Assembly (NCBI GenBank): GCA_963783645.1
Contig: CAWAOH010000014.1
Span: 66,236 to 130,235 of the forward strand
DNA: 64,000 nt
Direction of reading: 5' to 3'
From: Candidatus Bathyarchaeota archaeon
GTDB taxonomy: Archaea; Thermoproteota; Bathyarchaeia; 40CM-2-53-6
Part shown: one piece after another, positions 37,567 through 46,857 of the stretch
Layout of the letters: every line of letters begins with the position of its first letter
How positions within the stretch are numbered: the stretch's first letter is position 1
Position numbers and translations under genes: made by a program
The notes under the pieces: generated by a model
Seen by the model: only the letters and a program-made list of their open reading frames with translations
Told to the model about the DNA's origin: nothing
The model's database searches: none

Positions 37567-39011
37567 GACCATTTTTTGAACCAAAATCACTCGCAATCGT
37601 AGGGGCATCCGAGACACGCAGTAGAATAGGATACGTTCTAGCAGAGACTATGCTCACGAACAGACGTCGGGGTACCTTCAAAGGCGAAGTATACCTAGTC
37701 AACCCAAGGCACGACCGGATATTTGGTGAGAAGTGCTATCCGAAGGTCTCCGACCTTCCTGGATCAGTAGACACGGTGTTAGTTGCCATCCCCTCGATTC
37801 ATGTCCCGGATGCCATAGAGGACGCTGGTAAGGCAGGAGCGACTGCTGGCATAGTCATATCTTCAGGTTTCGCGGAGATCGGAAACATCCAGCTCGAGAA
37901 ACGATTAGTCGATGTTGCTTCGAAACATAATGTAAGAATTCTAGGACCAAACTGCCTGGGCGTATACGATGCTTATACCGGAATGGACACACTCTTTCTC
38001 CCTGAAACAAAGCTACTATCAGATGGCAGAGAAGTAATAGCAACCCCCAGACCGAGACCCGGAGCGGTTTCGTTACTAACACAGAGCGGCGCCTTTGGCG
38101 CTGCGGCACTGGACTACATGGCTGGCCCTCACGGAATTGGAATAAGAGGATTTGTCAGCTACGGAAACAGATGTGACGTAACAGAAAGCGAATTACTCGA
38201 ATACTTCTCAGATGATCCCCAAACCAAGGTTATCCTAATGTACTTGGAAGGATTAGCTGACGGCCGAGAATTCATAGAGAAGGCAAAAGCGGCTACGAGA
38301 AAGAAGCCGATTGTAGCTCTGAAATCAGGCAGATCGGAAGCCGGGAAGAGAGCCGCAGCATCTCATACGGCCGCATTGGCAGGATCAGATCAAATCTACC
38401 AAGGAGCATTTAGACAAGCCGGCATCATAAGAGCACAGAATGTCGAAGAACTGTTCGACTTTGCTCGTGCACTAGCCATGCAACCGCCAGGACTTGCAAA
38501 CAATGTTGCAGTAGTGACTAATGCTGGAGGCCCTGGTATTATCGCGACAGATGCACTGGAGGAATCGGGACTAGAAGTTCAGAAATTTCCTGAACGGATA
38601 ATGTCCAAGTTCTCCGAACTCAAAACGAAAAAAATGCTACTGCCAGTCCTGTCCGGCACCAATCCGATCGACTTGACAGCAGAGGCAACGAGTGAAATGT
38701 TCGCTTTGACCTTGTCAATACTATTAGATGATTCTAGCATAGGCGGAATTGTTCTCATCACCTTGCATCATGCGCCCACCATCGTAGATGATGCTGTGGG
38801 AATGATAGCAAAGGCCATAGCGAAACATAAGAAACCTGTGACCTTTTGCGACATGGGGGAAACAGAGATGGCTGAGACGATGAGAACTATGTTTGAGAAA
38901 CGAGGAATCCCGTCATTTTCTATGCCCGAGCGTGCAGCGCGTGCGCTCTGGGCCCTCGTTTATTACGGAAGATATTTGAGAGCTCACGATGTTACAAGCG
39001 GAATAGAATAG
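37509..39011 (+). CDS. NDP-forming acyl-CoA synthetase (ADP-forming acetyl-CoA synthetase) alpha-type subunit
   Basis: FFEPKSLAIVGAS CoA-binding motif, SSGFAE and AASHTAALAGSD (phosphohistidine loop). The start is uncertain because TTG 37509 overlaps the upstream gene by 58 nt. Confidence 0.85.
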   Translation: MERAEERGRNPIPKETSSLRPFFEPKSLAIVGASETRSRIGYVLAETMLTNRRRGTFKGEVYLVNPRHDRIFGEKCYPKVSDLPGSVDTVLVAIPSIHVPDAIEDAGKAGATAGIVISSGFAEIGNIQLEKRLVDVASKHNVRILGPNCLGVYDAYTGMDTLFLPETKLLSDGREVIATPRPRPGAVSLLTQSGAFGAAALDYMAGPHGIGIRGFVSYGNRCDVTESELLEYFSDDPQTKVILMYLEGLADGREFIEKAKAATRKKPIVALKSGRSEAGKRAAASHTAALAGSDQIYQGAFRQAGIIRAQNVEELFDFARALAMQPPGLANNVAVVTNAGGPGIIATDALEESGLEVQKFPERIMSKFSELKTKKMLLPVLSGTNPIDLTAEATSEMFALTLSILLDDSSIGGIVLITLHHAPTIVDDAVGMIAKAIAKHKKPVTFCDMGETEMAETMRTMFEKRGIPSFSMPERAARALWALVYYGRYLRAHDVTSGIE

Positions 39012-39021
39012 GAGAATCTCC

Positions 39022-40167
39022 TTGTCGAATATCCCAGGAACTTTCGAAACGGTCAGAACGTACAAGATAGATTCACTCGTCTCCGAACTAATTGAAGCTC
39101 CGCTAGACAGCAATCTAAGCAAGGTGATTTCGGTAATGGCTCAGAAACGAACTCATGAAGTCCTGATACATATACCTGACAAAAACCGATGCGGGATGAT
39201 TACGTTGACAGATACCCTGCGCGCAAGCATGGAGACAAAGCCTGGAACCATAATGGTACACGTTCCTGTCCTGTCCATGGAGACCACAGTTGGCGAGGCA
39301 GCCCGCATAATGACTGATTACAGGATTGGAATGGTCCCAGTTTCAGACGGACGTAAGATTATTGGCCAAGTGAACGGCTTAAGCTTGCTTCACCTGCTAA
39401 AAGGCAAGCTAGCTGACCTTAGAATTTCCTCAGTTGCTAAAGAAAGTCCTATGACCTTAAACGCAGCCGATTCTGCTGCGACAGCTCGAGAGCTCATGGC
39501 ACGAAAGAGAATTGATCACATTCCGGTCAAGCAGGGAGACAAGTTAGTCGGATTAGTAACATCAGCTCAGATCATCGCACTCTTGCCAGCCCGCGAGCGC
39601 ATCGGTACAAAATCGAAAAGTCCTGAAGCTCGACCCGGCCTAGATTTTCCTGTCAAAGACATTATGGATCATGACCCAGCGACATGTTCCCCTCAGACCG
39701 CGGCAGGGGATGCCTTGGATAAAATGCTGACCCTTGACAAGACATGCGTTTTAGTCGCTCAGTGGGAAGAGCTCCAAGGCATTGCAACCCAGAGAGACTT
39801 TATCACGCTCCTAGCCGAACCAGAGGAGAAATCAGAAGTTCCTATCTACATCGTGGGTCTTCCTGAGGACCCCTTTGAAGCTGAAATAGCCAAGCAGAAA
39901 TTCAAGCGAACAATTAATCAATTACACAAAGTGCTACCGCAGATCCTCGAGGCCAGATCTGTAATCAAGTCAACGACAAGCACACCCGGAAAGGAAAGAA
40001 GGCGATATGAGGTGACAGTGCACATCAAGACCCCCCAGAGCTCCTATAGTTACGCTGCGAGCGGTTGGCAACTGGCAGAAGTCTATGATGTCATTACAGA
40101 CAGGCTTAAACGGTTACTGTCACAGAAAGAGCGGCGGAGAAACCAATACGTCAGAGAACGCGCGTAG
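39022..40167 (+). CDS. Four-CBS-domain protein with C-terminal HPF/YfiA-like domain
   Basis: 381 aa with four CBS repeats. The C-terminal ~100 aa (PIYIVGLPEDPFEAEIAKQKFKRTINQLHKVLPQILEARSVIK...RRRYEVTVHIKTPQSSYSYAASGWQLAEVYDVITDRLKRLLSQKERRR) follow the beta-alpha-beta-beta-beta-alpha pattern of ribosome hibernation factors. Confidence 0.75.
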   Translation: MSNIPGTFETVRTYKIDSLVSELIEAPLDSNLSKVISVMAQKRTHEVLIHIPDKNRCGMITLTDTLRASMETKPGTIMVHVPVLSMETTVGEAARIMTDYRIGMVPVSDGRKIIGQVNGLSLLHLLKGKLADLRISSVAKESPMTLNAADSAATARELMARKRIDHIPVKQGDKLVGLVTSAQIIALLPARERIGTKSKSPEARPGLDFPVKDIMDHDPATCSPQTAAGDALDKMLTLDKTCVLVAQWEELQGIATQRDFITLLAEPEEKSEVPIYIVGLPEDPFEAEIAKQKFKRTINQLHKVLPQILEARSVIKSTTSTPGKERRRYEVTVHIKTPQSSYSYAASGWQLAEVYDVITDRLKRLLSQKERRRNQYVRERA

Positions 40168-40205
40168 AGTTCAAGATGGCCTGCTAGGAATCGAGGAAAA
40201 AGAAA

Positions 40206-42227
40206 ATGCTACTACCAACCAAGATGCGACGAGTCGAAATCATAGTTCCACAGAGAAAATTCGAAGATGTGATGCTCTACCTTCGCGAACTAAACATCAT
40301 CGAATTGTTAGATGTAAAGGAAATGATCAAAGGCTATGGCGAAGGCGTCTCCCCTGCTACAGTATCCGACCGCCTGTACCGACTTACAACTCTTGAATCG
40401 AAGATCAACACGGTAATCGCTGCTCTAGGGATCATATCGTTACCACGAAGCAAACCGATAATTGTCGACGCTCGAATGTCTGACGAGCAAAATACCAAGT
40501 CAGAGCGGAAGATAACTGAAATCGAGCAAAAAGTCACTTCAACTACGAACGAAGCAGAGGCGTTGGAATCTCTCATCAACTATGCGGAACGACAACTGAA
40601 GCTGAGTATCGAGGAAATCGCTAAAATCGAAAACGTAAACTCACCTGAAGGCAGGAACAAACTTGAGGAAATAGTGAGCGGCATCTTTCAAACTCTCAAA
40701 CCGTCAGAACTGAAGTTTGCTGAACCGTTGAGCCAACTGATCGAACAGAAGGGACTCGAAGACGCCGTTGTAAATGACATAACTGACAGCGTAGCAAAAA
40801 TACTCTCAACCAAACGAGATGAGAGTGCGATCGCTGATGCGGTCACGCAGACCCTCGGCCTGAAAATGAAGGCTATGGTGAGAAGCAAACGCCTATCTTA
40901 CGAAGCCACGAGCCGGATTGAGGAAGCTAAGAAGAGACTCTCAGAACTCAATCGTGAACTTAATGGAATAAAACGAAACGAAGGGCAGTATCTCCTGGTT
41001 CAGCGCGAAATCGTGGGAGCAGAGAGAGCATTTGAACAAGCGAAGGGTTTGTGTGGAAAAACTGAATCGACCTACATGATCGAAGGGTGGATGCCCACTG
41101 CAAAGGTGACGCCCGTTACAGCTCAATTAAAGCGAATTTGCGAGGACGAGGTAATTACTAGAAGTTGGGCTAGCAAGAATGGCCCAACCAGTCTTCACAA
41201 TCCGAAAAGCGTCGCAATTTTTGAGAAACTGACCGTTGGATTCGGCATTCCCAAGAGTGATGAGGTTGATCCAACTGTGTTGTGGTTGATCACATACCCG
41301 TTATTCTTCGGATTCATGTTCGGCGACGTCGGGAATGGGATAGTAGTCATGATAATCTCGAGCATCATATACATGTACAAACGACGAGGACTTGTGATCC
41401 CTGACATAGCATATGGCGGCATGGGGGGTGTGTTCAACATGGTGATCCAAGGATCCGGGCTTCTAATATTCAGCGGTGCCGCTGCGCTGGTAGTAGGATT
41501 CCTATACGGCACGGTTTTCGGAAATTTAGAATGGTTCAAAATACTCACAGGCCTGCCTGGACCTCTATGGTTTGAACCATTTGACAACATACGACTAATG
41601 CTCAGAGTGTCTATCACAATCGGAGTGATCCACATCATGTCAGGACTCGTTCTGGATATATTCAACAAGGCCTACACAAGAGAATACCGCGAGTTGATTT
41701 CAGGTCCACTCGTCTGGCTCTGGTTCTACGGCGCCTTTGGAATAACACTACTTGAATACGGACTCAGATTTCCGAACTACCTGTTTAATCCAGCCAACAG
41801 CGTTGACATTTTCCTGAGAATGGGCGTACCCCTAATTGCAATGCTGGCCCTCAAAGCATGGGCTGAGGGACCCATGGGACTCATGGACGCATTCGAAGCA
41901 TTGCTTGCCTCACTGTCGCATACCATATCATACGTCCGAATTCTCGCAATGAAATTAATCGAAGACGTATTCTATCATCTCTTCCACGGAGTCCTCCTAT
42001 TCTTCACAGCCTGGGGAACACTGGCGGGTGATGCACTTGGATACACCATGTTTGGAGCCTTAACGATCGTTCTCATCTTCATATTAGAAACCGCGTTCGT
42101 CTTCATGCAATCACTTCGTCTTCACTGGGTCGAATGGTTCCTCAAGTTCTATGCGGGAAGCGGTACACAGTTCAAGCCGTACGGGGCTGATAGAACCTAC
42201 ACCAAAGTAAGAGCAGGTCTCTCCTGA
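40206..42227 (+). CDS. atpI: A-type (A1A0) ATP synthase subunit I
   Basis: 673 aa. N-terminal cytoplasmic coiled-coil domain (MRRVEIIVPQRKFEDVMLYLRELNIIEL) and a C-terminal multi-TM domain with SLRLHWVEWFLKFY. Confidence 0.9.
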   Translation: MLLPTKMRRVEIIVPQRKFEDVMLYLRELNIIELLDVKEMIKGYGEGVSPATVSDRLYRLTTLESKINTVIAALGIISLPRSKPIIVDARMSDEQNTKSERKITEIEQKVTSTTNEAEALESLINYAERQLKLSIEEIAKIENVNSPEGRNKLEEIVSGIFQTLKPSELKFAEPLSQLIEQKGLEDAVVNDITDSVAKILSTKRDESAIADAVTQTLGLKMKAMVRSKRLSYEATSRIEEAKKRLSELNRELNGIKRNEGQYLLVQREIVGAERAFEQAKGLCGKTESTYMIEGWMPTAKVTPVTAQLKRICEDEVITRSWASKNGPTSLHNPKSVAIFEKLTVGFGIPKSDEVDPTVLWLITYPLFFGFMFGDVGNGIVVMIISSIIYMYKRRGLVIPDIAYGGMGGVFNMVIQGSGLLIFSGAAALVVGFLYGTVFGNLEWFKILTGLPGPLWFEPFDNIRLMLRVSITIGVIHIMSGLVLDIFNKAYTREYRELISGPLVWLWFYGAFGITLLEYGLRFPNYLFNPANSVDIFLRMGVPLIAMLALKAWAEGPMGLMDAFEALLASLSHTISYVRILAMKLIEDVFYHLFHGVLLFFTAWGTLAGDALGYTMFGALTIVLIFILETAFVFMQSLRLHWVEWFLKFYAGSGTQFKPYGADRTYTKVRAGLS

Positions 42228-42264
42228 ACCAAAGCGACATGCACACTCAACTTGAACTCACATC

Positions 42265-43650
42265 ATGGCCAGTTTATATCAGGCCATGTCGCTTGCGTAT
42301 CAGACAAAAACAACACTTGAGGCTGGAAGAACGACCTATCCTTACTCTTTGCAGACTCAACAGACCACAAACGAAATCGTATCTAACTTGCAGGAGTATG
42401 GGCTCACCAGAAACGAGGCACGTGTGCTCTTCTTCCTAGCCAAGACCGGCCCGTCTAGAGCCAGCGGAGTGTCCAGGGCAGTCCAGATAAATCGCACAGA
42501 GACGTACCGAACGATCAGGAATCTTCAACGTCGCAGCCTTGTAGAAGCAACACTCGAGAGTCCCGTGCGCTTTCAGTCGATGCCATTCGAAAAATGTCTT
42601 CAAATCCTAATAGACGAGAGAAAAGCAAGACTCAGGATTCTCGAACGTCGCGGTGAAAACCTCCGTCGCCTATTCGCGACTATGCAGTTAGAGCCTGTAA
42701 GACAAGAAATAGAGCGATTCCAAGTGGTCGAGGGCAGACTCAGGATTGAACAGAAACGACAATCCATGTATACCCAAGCCAAGAAATCAGTAATGACAGT
42801 TCTCTCCTCATCAGAGTTAGTTCGGGTAGATACTTCAGGCCTCTTTGACCTACTTATACAGTCTAATCGGACAGGAGTGCGTGTTAGAGCGATTACTGCG
42901 ATCGAGCACTCTAACCTTGGCGTCGTCGAGAAGTTAACCGAAACGATCGAAGTAAGGCATCTTGATCTCAAAGCTAGACCTGTTCCTCGAGTCTCTATAA
43001 TCGATGACGTCGAAGCTCTCTTTGAGATAACAACAGCGGACGAAACTCAACGCAACGAAGAAGTCGCATTATGGATAAACAGTCGCCCATTTGTGGGAAA
43101 CCTTCAGGCATATTTCGAGGAAATGTGGAATTCGGGGACTCCTGCAAATGGAAGAATCGAAGCGCTGAGAAAGGGAATAGATCCCGATGATCTTAGAATA
43201 TACAAAGGCAGAACTGATGTAGCTCGCAAATTCAGCAACATGATTGAGCTCTCAAGGCAGAGTGTTGAGATCTGGACCACCATGCGTGGAATACAGGCTC
43301 TCGCCGATTTCAATTTCGAACTGCTGAGAGAAGCAAAAAGCCGAGGCGTGAAGACGCGTGTTATCGCTCCAATCACTAGCGAGAATACGCTAGGAGCGAG
43401 AAAACTAGTACCCGTATCTGAACTGCGCTATTCAGAGGCTCTAGGACCTGCAGGGATTATTATCGTTGATCAGCGTGAACTCATGCTGTACGAGAGACTC
43501 CCAGACGATAACAACGCTGAGGTTGGAGCGGACGTGGGGTTCTGGACCAATAGCAGGCGCTTCATAGAAACTATGAGTAGAGCCTACGATGCGCTATGGA
43601 AAGGAGTATTTGCCATATATCCATCAAAGCGCCGCGGTCTTCATGGATAA
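42265..43650 (+). CDS. TrmB-family transcriptional regulator with large C-terminal domain
   Basis: YGLTRNEARVLFFLAKTGPSRASGVSRAVQINRTETYRTIRNLQRRSLV winged HTH, then about 350 aa more. Confidence 0.8.
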   Translation: MASLYQAMSLAYQTKTTLEAGRTTYPYSLQTQQTTNEIVSNLQEYGLTRNEARVLFFLAKTGPSRASGVSRAVQINRTETYRTIRNLQRRSLVEATLESPVRFQSMPFEKCLQILIDERKARLRILERRGENLRRLFATMQLEPVRQEIERFQVVEGRLRIEQKRQSMYTQAKKSVMTVLSSSELVRVDTSGLFDLLIQSNRTGVRVRAITAIEHSNLGVVEKLTETIEVRHLDLKARPVPRVSIIDDVEALFEITTADETQRNEEVALWINSRPFVGNLQAYFEEMWNSGTPANGRIEALRKGIDPDDLRIYKGRTDVARKFSNMIELSRQSVEIWTTMRGIQALADFNFELLREAKSRGVKTRVIAPITSENTLGARKLVPVSELRYSEALGPAGIIIVDQRELMLYERLPDDNNAEVGADVGFWTNSRRFIETMSRAYDALWKGVFAIYPSKRRGLHG

Positions 43651-43677
43651 CAAAGGAAACCTCAACCTGCACGGTGC

Positions 43678-44535
43678 TTGACTAATCAGGTGCTCCGACT
43701 GACACCCAAATTCGGTTGCCTGCTGCCACTTAACTCCGACTTTAGCCACATCGTCGAAATTAGTCGATTTTGTGAACAACTTGGGTACGACAGCATATGG
43801 GCTTTTGATCACCTTTCACCCTACTGGGTCAAATCGGGCGCAAGTTTGGAATGCTGGACGACCCTTGCATCGCTGGCTGTTCACACTAGAAACATCAAGA
43901 TTGGTAGCCTAGTAACAAATGCGAGCCTGCGTCACCCCGCTCTATTAGCCAAGATTACGAGCACTCTCGACATCATTAGTCATGGGCGAGTCATTCTGGG
44001 ATTAGGCACCGGTGATAGCTTAAGCAGACACGAATTGACCTCATTCGGATATCAGTACGAAGCAATAGATGAAAGAATAACCCGTCTGCGTGAGACTATT
44101 CGAATCTTGAAGGGCCTCTGGACATCAGATGATTTTTCATTTGCCGGAAGACTCTTTCGCATGGTACACGCAAAGCTTGAACCGAAACCGACCCAGAACC
44201 CACACCCGCCGCTCTGGATAGGTGGCCAACACTACAAGTTAATTGACGTGGTAGCTGAGCTAGCAGACGGCTGGAATTACTGGAACATTACTCGAAAGCA
44301 ATTGTCAGAGAGAACGAACTACCTACGAGACAGATGTGCACGCAGGCAACGCTCGTTTAATCACATAGTTAAGTCCTGGTCGGGAAACATACCACCTGGC
44401 CAATCGGCGGACGATCTTCTCGACTACTTGAAAAAGCAATCAGATACGACTACCGAGTACTTCATTGGTTATTTTGGCCAAGTAACAATGCGGGAGACCC
44501 TGGAGAATTTTGCTGACGTTGTGCGCAAGCTCTAG
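43678..44535 (+). CDS. Luciferase-like (LLM class) F420/flavin-dependent oxidoreductase
   Basis: 285 aa. GYDSIWAFDHL, LGLGTGD and PPLWIGG. Confidence 0.85.
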   Translation: MTNQVLRLTPKFGCLLPLNSDFSHIVEISRFCEQLGYDSIWAFDHLSPYWVKSGASLECWTTLASLAVHTRNIKIGSLVTNASLRHPALLAKITSTLDIISHGRVILGLGTGDSLSRHELTSFGYQYEAIDERITRLRETIRILKGLWTSDDFSFAGRLFRMVHAKLEPKPTQNPHPPLWIGGQHYKLIDVVAELADGWNYWNITRKQLSERTNYLRDRCARRQRSFNHIVKSWSGNIPPGQSADDLLDYLKKQSDTTTEYFIGYFGQVTMRETLENFADVVRKL

Positions 44536-44722
44536 TACATTTGCTGTAGATTAGCTAGAGAAATGTCTCTGTCGAAAACCAGACGTGTCCCTAACTGTGG
44601 ATTATCGACTGCAGACGTTGTCGATAGAGATTGTTACAACAAGTAAGGAACCTTAACAATTGGCGATACCCCAGCAGATTAAAGTAATTGGCAACAGACT
44701 CAATGAATGAGGGCTTGTCTAG

Positions 44723-45733
44723 ATGAAGCGCTCAATGAAGCTTTTCGAGCGATTGCTAGACACGGACGTGAAGGCAGATTTGCTCACTTTATTTCATAAT
44801 AATTCTAACCTGTCTGAAACCTCGGACGGGCTCGCAGGAAGAATCGGCAGAAACCCCGCCGAAGTACATCGTGAGCTCGAAGACCTGGTCGAACTCGGTA
44901 TCCTGAGAAGAGTGGAGATGTATTCTTTTGGAGTTGACAGAGACAAGGAAATTCAGGATGCAATCTCCAAGCAACTAGCACTCGGAGAAATATCTGATAG
45001 CCAAGTAGAAGTTGATCAATCCGCCGCGCTCCCTAAAATATCGACGGGCCTCGAGGTGCTTGATAGGATTCTGCCGAGCGGAATGCCGCCGGTTAGTACG
45101 GTATTGATCCTCAGCGATCCTGGCTCTGGCGATGAGAGCCTCATAGCTCACTTTGTGAGCAAGCAGGTCCAAGAAGGAAAATCGACAATCTATGTGACGC
45201 TCGATAACTTTCCCGCAAATATACGACAAATTGCACAAACCCAGATAACTAGAGAAAATGTGGAATGGTCGTCACTCGTGTTCGTTGATTGCTATTCCAA
45301 AACGGTTGGTGTGGAAAGCGACGAGCCTCACATTGAGGACCCAGAGAATTTGTCGGCCATCAGTATCGCAATATCAGAAATAATGAATAAGCAATCGATA
45401 TCTCTTATCGTCCTTGACTCATTCAATACACTTATCCGCAAGAGAGGTGTCCGGTCCGCAATTGAATTCCTGCGGGTTATAGTTGCGCGTGCTCGACAGG
45501 CGAAGTGTCTGTGTCTCGTCACTATGAACCGCAAAGCGTTTCATCCCGCTATGGTCGCTTCTGCTCAAGACGTTGTCGATGGAGTAATTGAATTGAGAAT
45601 TGAGGAAAGCCCTGAGGGAATAGCACGTTCGCTTAGAATCCTCAAAATGGTGGGCACAAAACATCTCACGACGTGGACTCCCTATGATATATCGGACGAG
45701 GGTAAGTTCGTGCCCGCCAAGAAATCTTCGTAG
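44723..45733 (+). CDS. wHTH plus KaiC/RecA-like domain protein with degenerate Walker A
   Basis: 336 aa. N-terminal ArsR-like wHTH. The RecA-like core has SDPGSGDES in place of GxxGxGKS/T (no Lys), and Walker B LIVLDSF is retained. Confidence 0.7.
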   Translation: MKRSMKLFERLLDTDVKADLLTLFHNNSNLSETSDGLAGRIGRNPAEVHRELEDLVELGILRRVEMYSFGVDRDKEIQDAISKQLALGEISDSQVEVDQSAALPKISTGLEVLDRILPSGMPPVSTVLILSDPGSGDESLIAHFVSKQVQEGKSTIYVTLDNFPANIRQIAQTQITRENVEWSSLVFVDCYSKTVGVESDEPHIEDPENLSAISIAISEIMNKQSISLIVLDSFNTLIRKRGVRSAIEFLRVIVARARQAKCLCLVTMNRKAFHPAMVASAQDVVDGVIELRIEESPEGIARSLRILKMVGTKHLTTWTPYDISDEGKFVPAKKSS

Positions 45734-45744
45734 CGGAAAGAGTG

Positions 45745-46857
45745 TTATCCTAGTTCTTTCAGCTTCGCTGGGAGATATTTGTCAACGATATACGCAAGTC
45801 CATAACGACTGAAAGCTTCCTGTTCCGCCTTTCTCTTAACTTTCAGGAAAGTTTCGATTTCTCGCTTCCAGAGCTTACCCTCATAGCGCGGATCCTTCTC
45901 CAATTCGTATAATCGTTTGATGTCGAGATCAGTAAGAGGAGCACTTGGGAGTTTATAGTCCACAATGTCTGATGCCCAGACTCCAGCCCACTTGGCATCT
46001 GGCGTATTCAAATCTCTGAGATGAGCAGCATTGGCGGACCCTGCTATGATCACATTTGCAATGTGCATTCCCCATGGGTCAGCATCGCAGAATATGTAGA
46101 CGGGCAGTTTCAGTTCCTTGTTCATACGCCGCAATAATGCGCGTGTAGCTCGTGGAGCCTGACCAGCCGTGTGAATAAGCAAAGCCTTGTATTTTTCGTG
46201 GACTCTTTCCTCAATGAATCGAGTAAACAGACCACCTTTCTCTATCGCAATTATCTTGTCCGCTTTGCAGTCTACGAATTCAGAATTCGTCAGTGCTGGA
46301 CCGATCATCATTCCGTCAGGATGTGAAGAAAGGTTGAGAGTTTTTCCTTCGTAACCAGGAACAGTGTATTGAATCGTAAGGTCGCCGAATATTGCGCTAC
46401 GCTCTTCCGGGAAGACGTTGAAGTTCTCCCGTGGATGTCCAAGCACGGTTTCAAGATCGGTTATTATGTCATCGCTTTCGGCTTGGTCGGTGAAACTCAT
46501 CTCGTAGGCCTGCGCAGAATAGAAAACATCTCGTAAAGTCGACGTCTTTCCTTCACGCGCAAGTTCGTCGACAAACGACCCGGTCCAGACGAGCTGTGTT
46601 AATGGTCTCACATGCCTAATGTTCCGCACGCTCCTCCGTACGAAGCGATCGCCTAGAATGTACTGCCTCGTCCCTTGATCATAGTGGATATTCGTAATTG
46701 ACCGACTCGGCATTTTGATAGATGGCCATTGTCTCTGGGATAGCTGAAGGTAGAGTTGCTCGCCCAAGCCTTTTAGGCTGGTTAGCACCACTTGCCTTTT
46801 CTGCTCTGCCCGATTGGGCGACTTACTCGTCGTCTTCGTCTTCGATTTCTTCTTCAT
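45745..46857 (-). CDS. top6A: DNA topoisomerase VI subunit A (Spo11-like)
   Basis: 370 aa. The catalytic Tyr region (VRDVFYSAQ) and Toprim (IAIEKGG, CDADPWG). Confidence 0.93.
   Translation of the reverse strand: MKKKSKTKTTSKSPNRAEQKRQVVLTSLKGLGEQLYLQLSQRQWPSIKMPSRSITNIHYDQGTRQYILGDRFVRRSVRNIRHVRPLTQLVWTGSFVDELAREGKTSTLRDVFYSAQAYEMSFTDQAESDDIITDLETVLGHPRENFNVFPEERSAIFGDLTIQYTVPGYEGKTLNLSSHPDGMMIGPALTNSEFVDCKADKIIAIEKGGLFTRFIEERVHEKYKALLIHTAGQAPRATRALLRRMNKELKLPVYIFCDADPWGMHIANVIIAGSANAAHLRDLNTPDAKWAGVWASDIVDYKLPSAPLTDLDIKRLYELEKDPRYEGKLWKREIETFLKVKRKAEQEAFSRYGLAYIVDKYLPAKLKELG

Noticed and set aside
40085-40396. 103-aa ORF just upstream of and overlapping atpI, considered as a possible A-ATPase subunit H.
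   Set aside because: It overlaps the end of the CBS-HPF gene and the start of atpI out of frame. Its composition is Arg/Thr/Asn-rich, not the helical, charged composition of AtpH. atpI therefore appears without other ATPase genes in this window, which is not unusual in some archaea.
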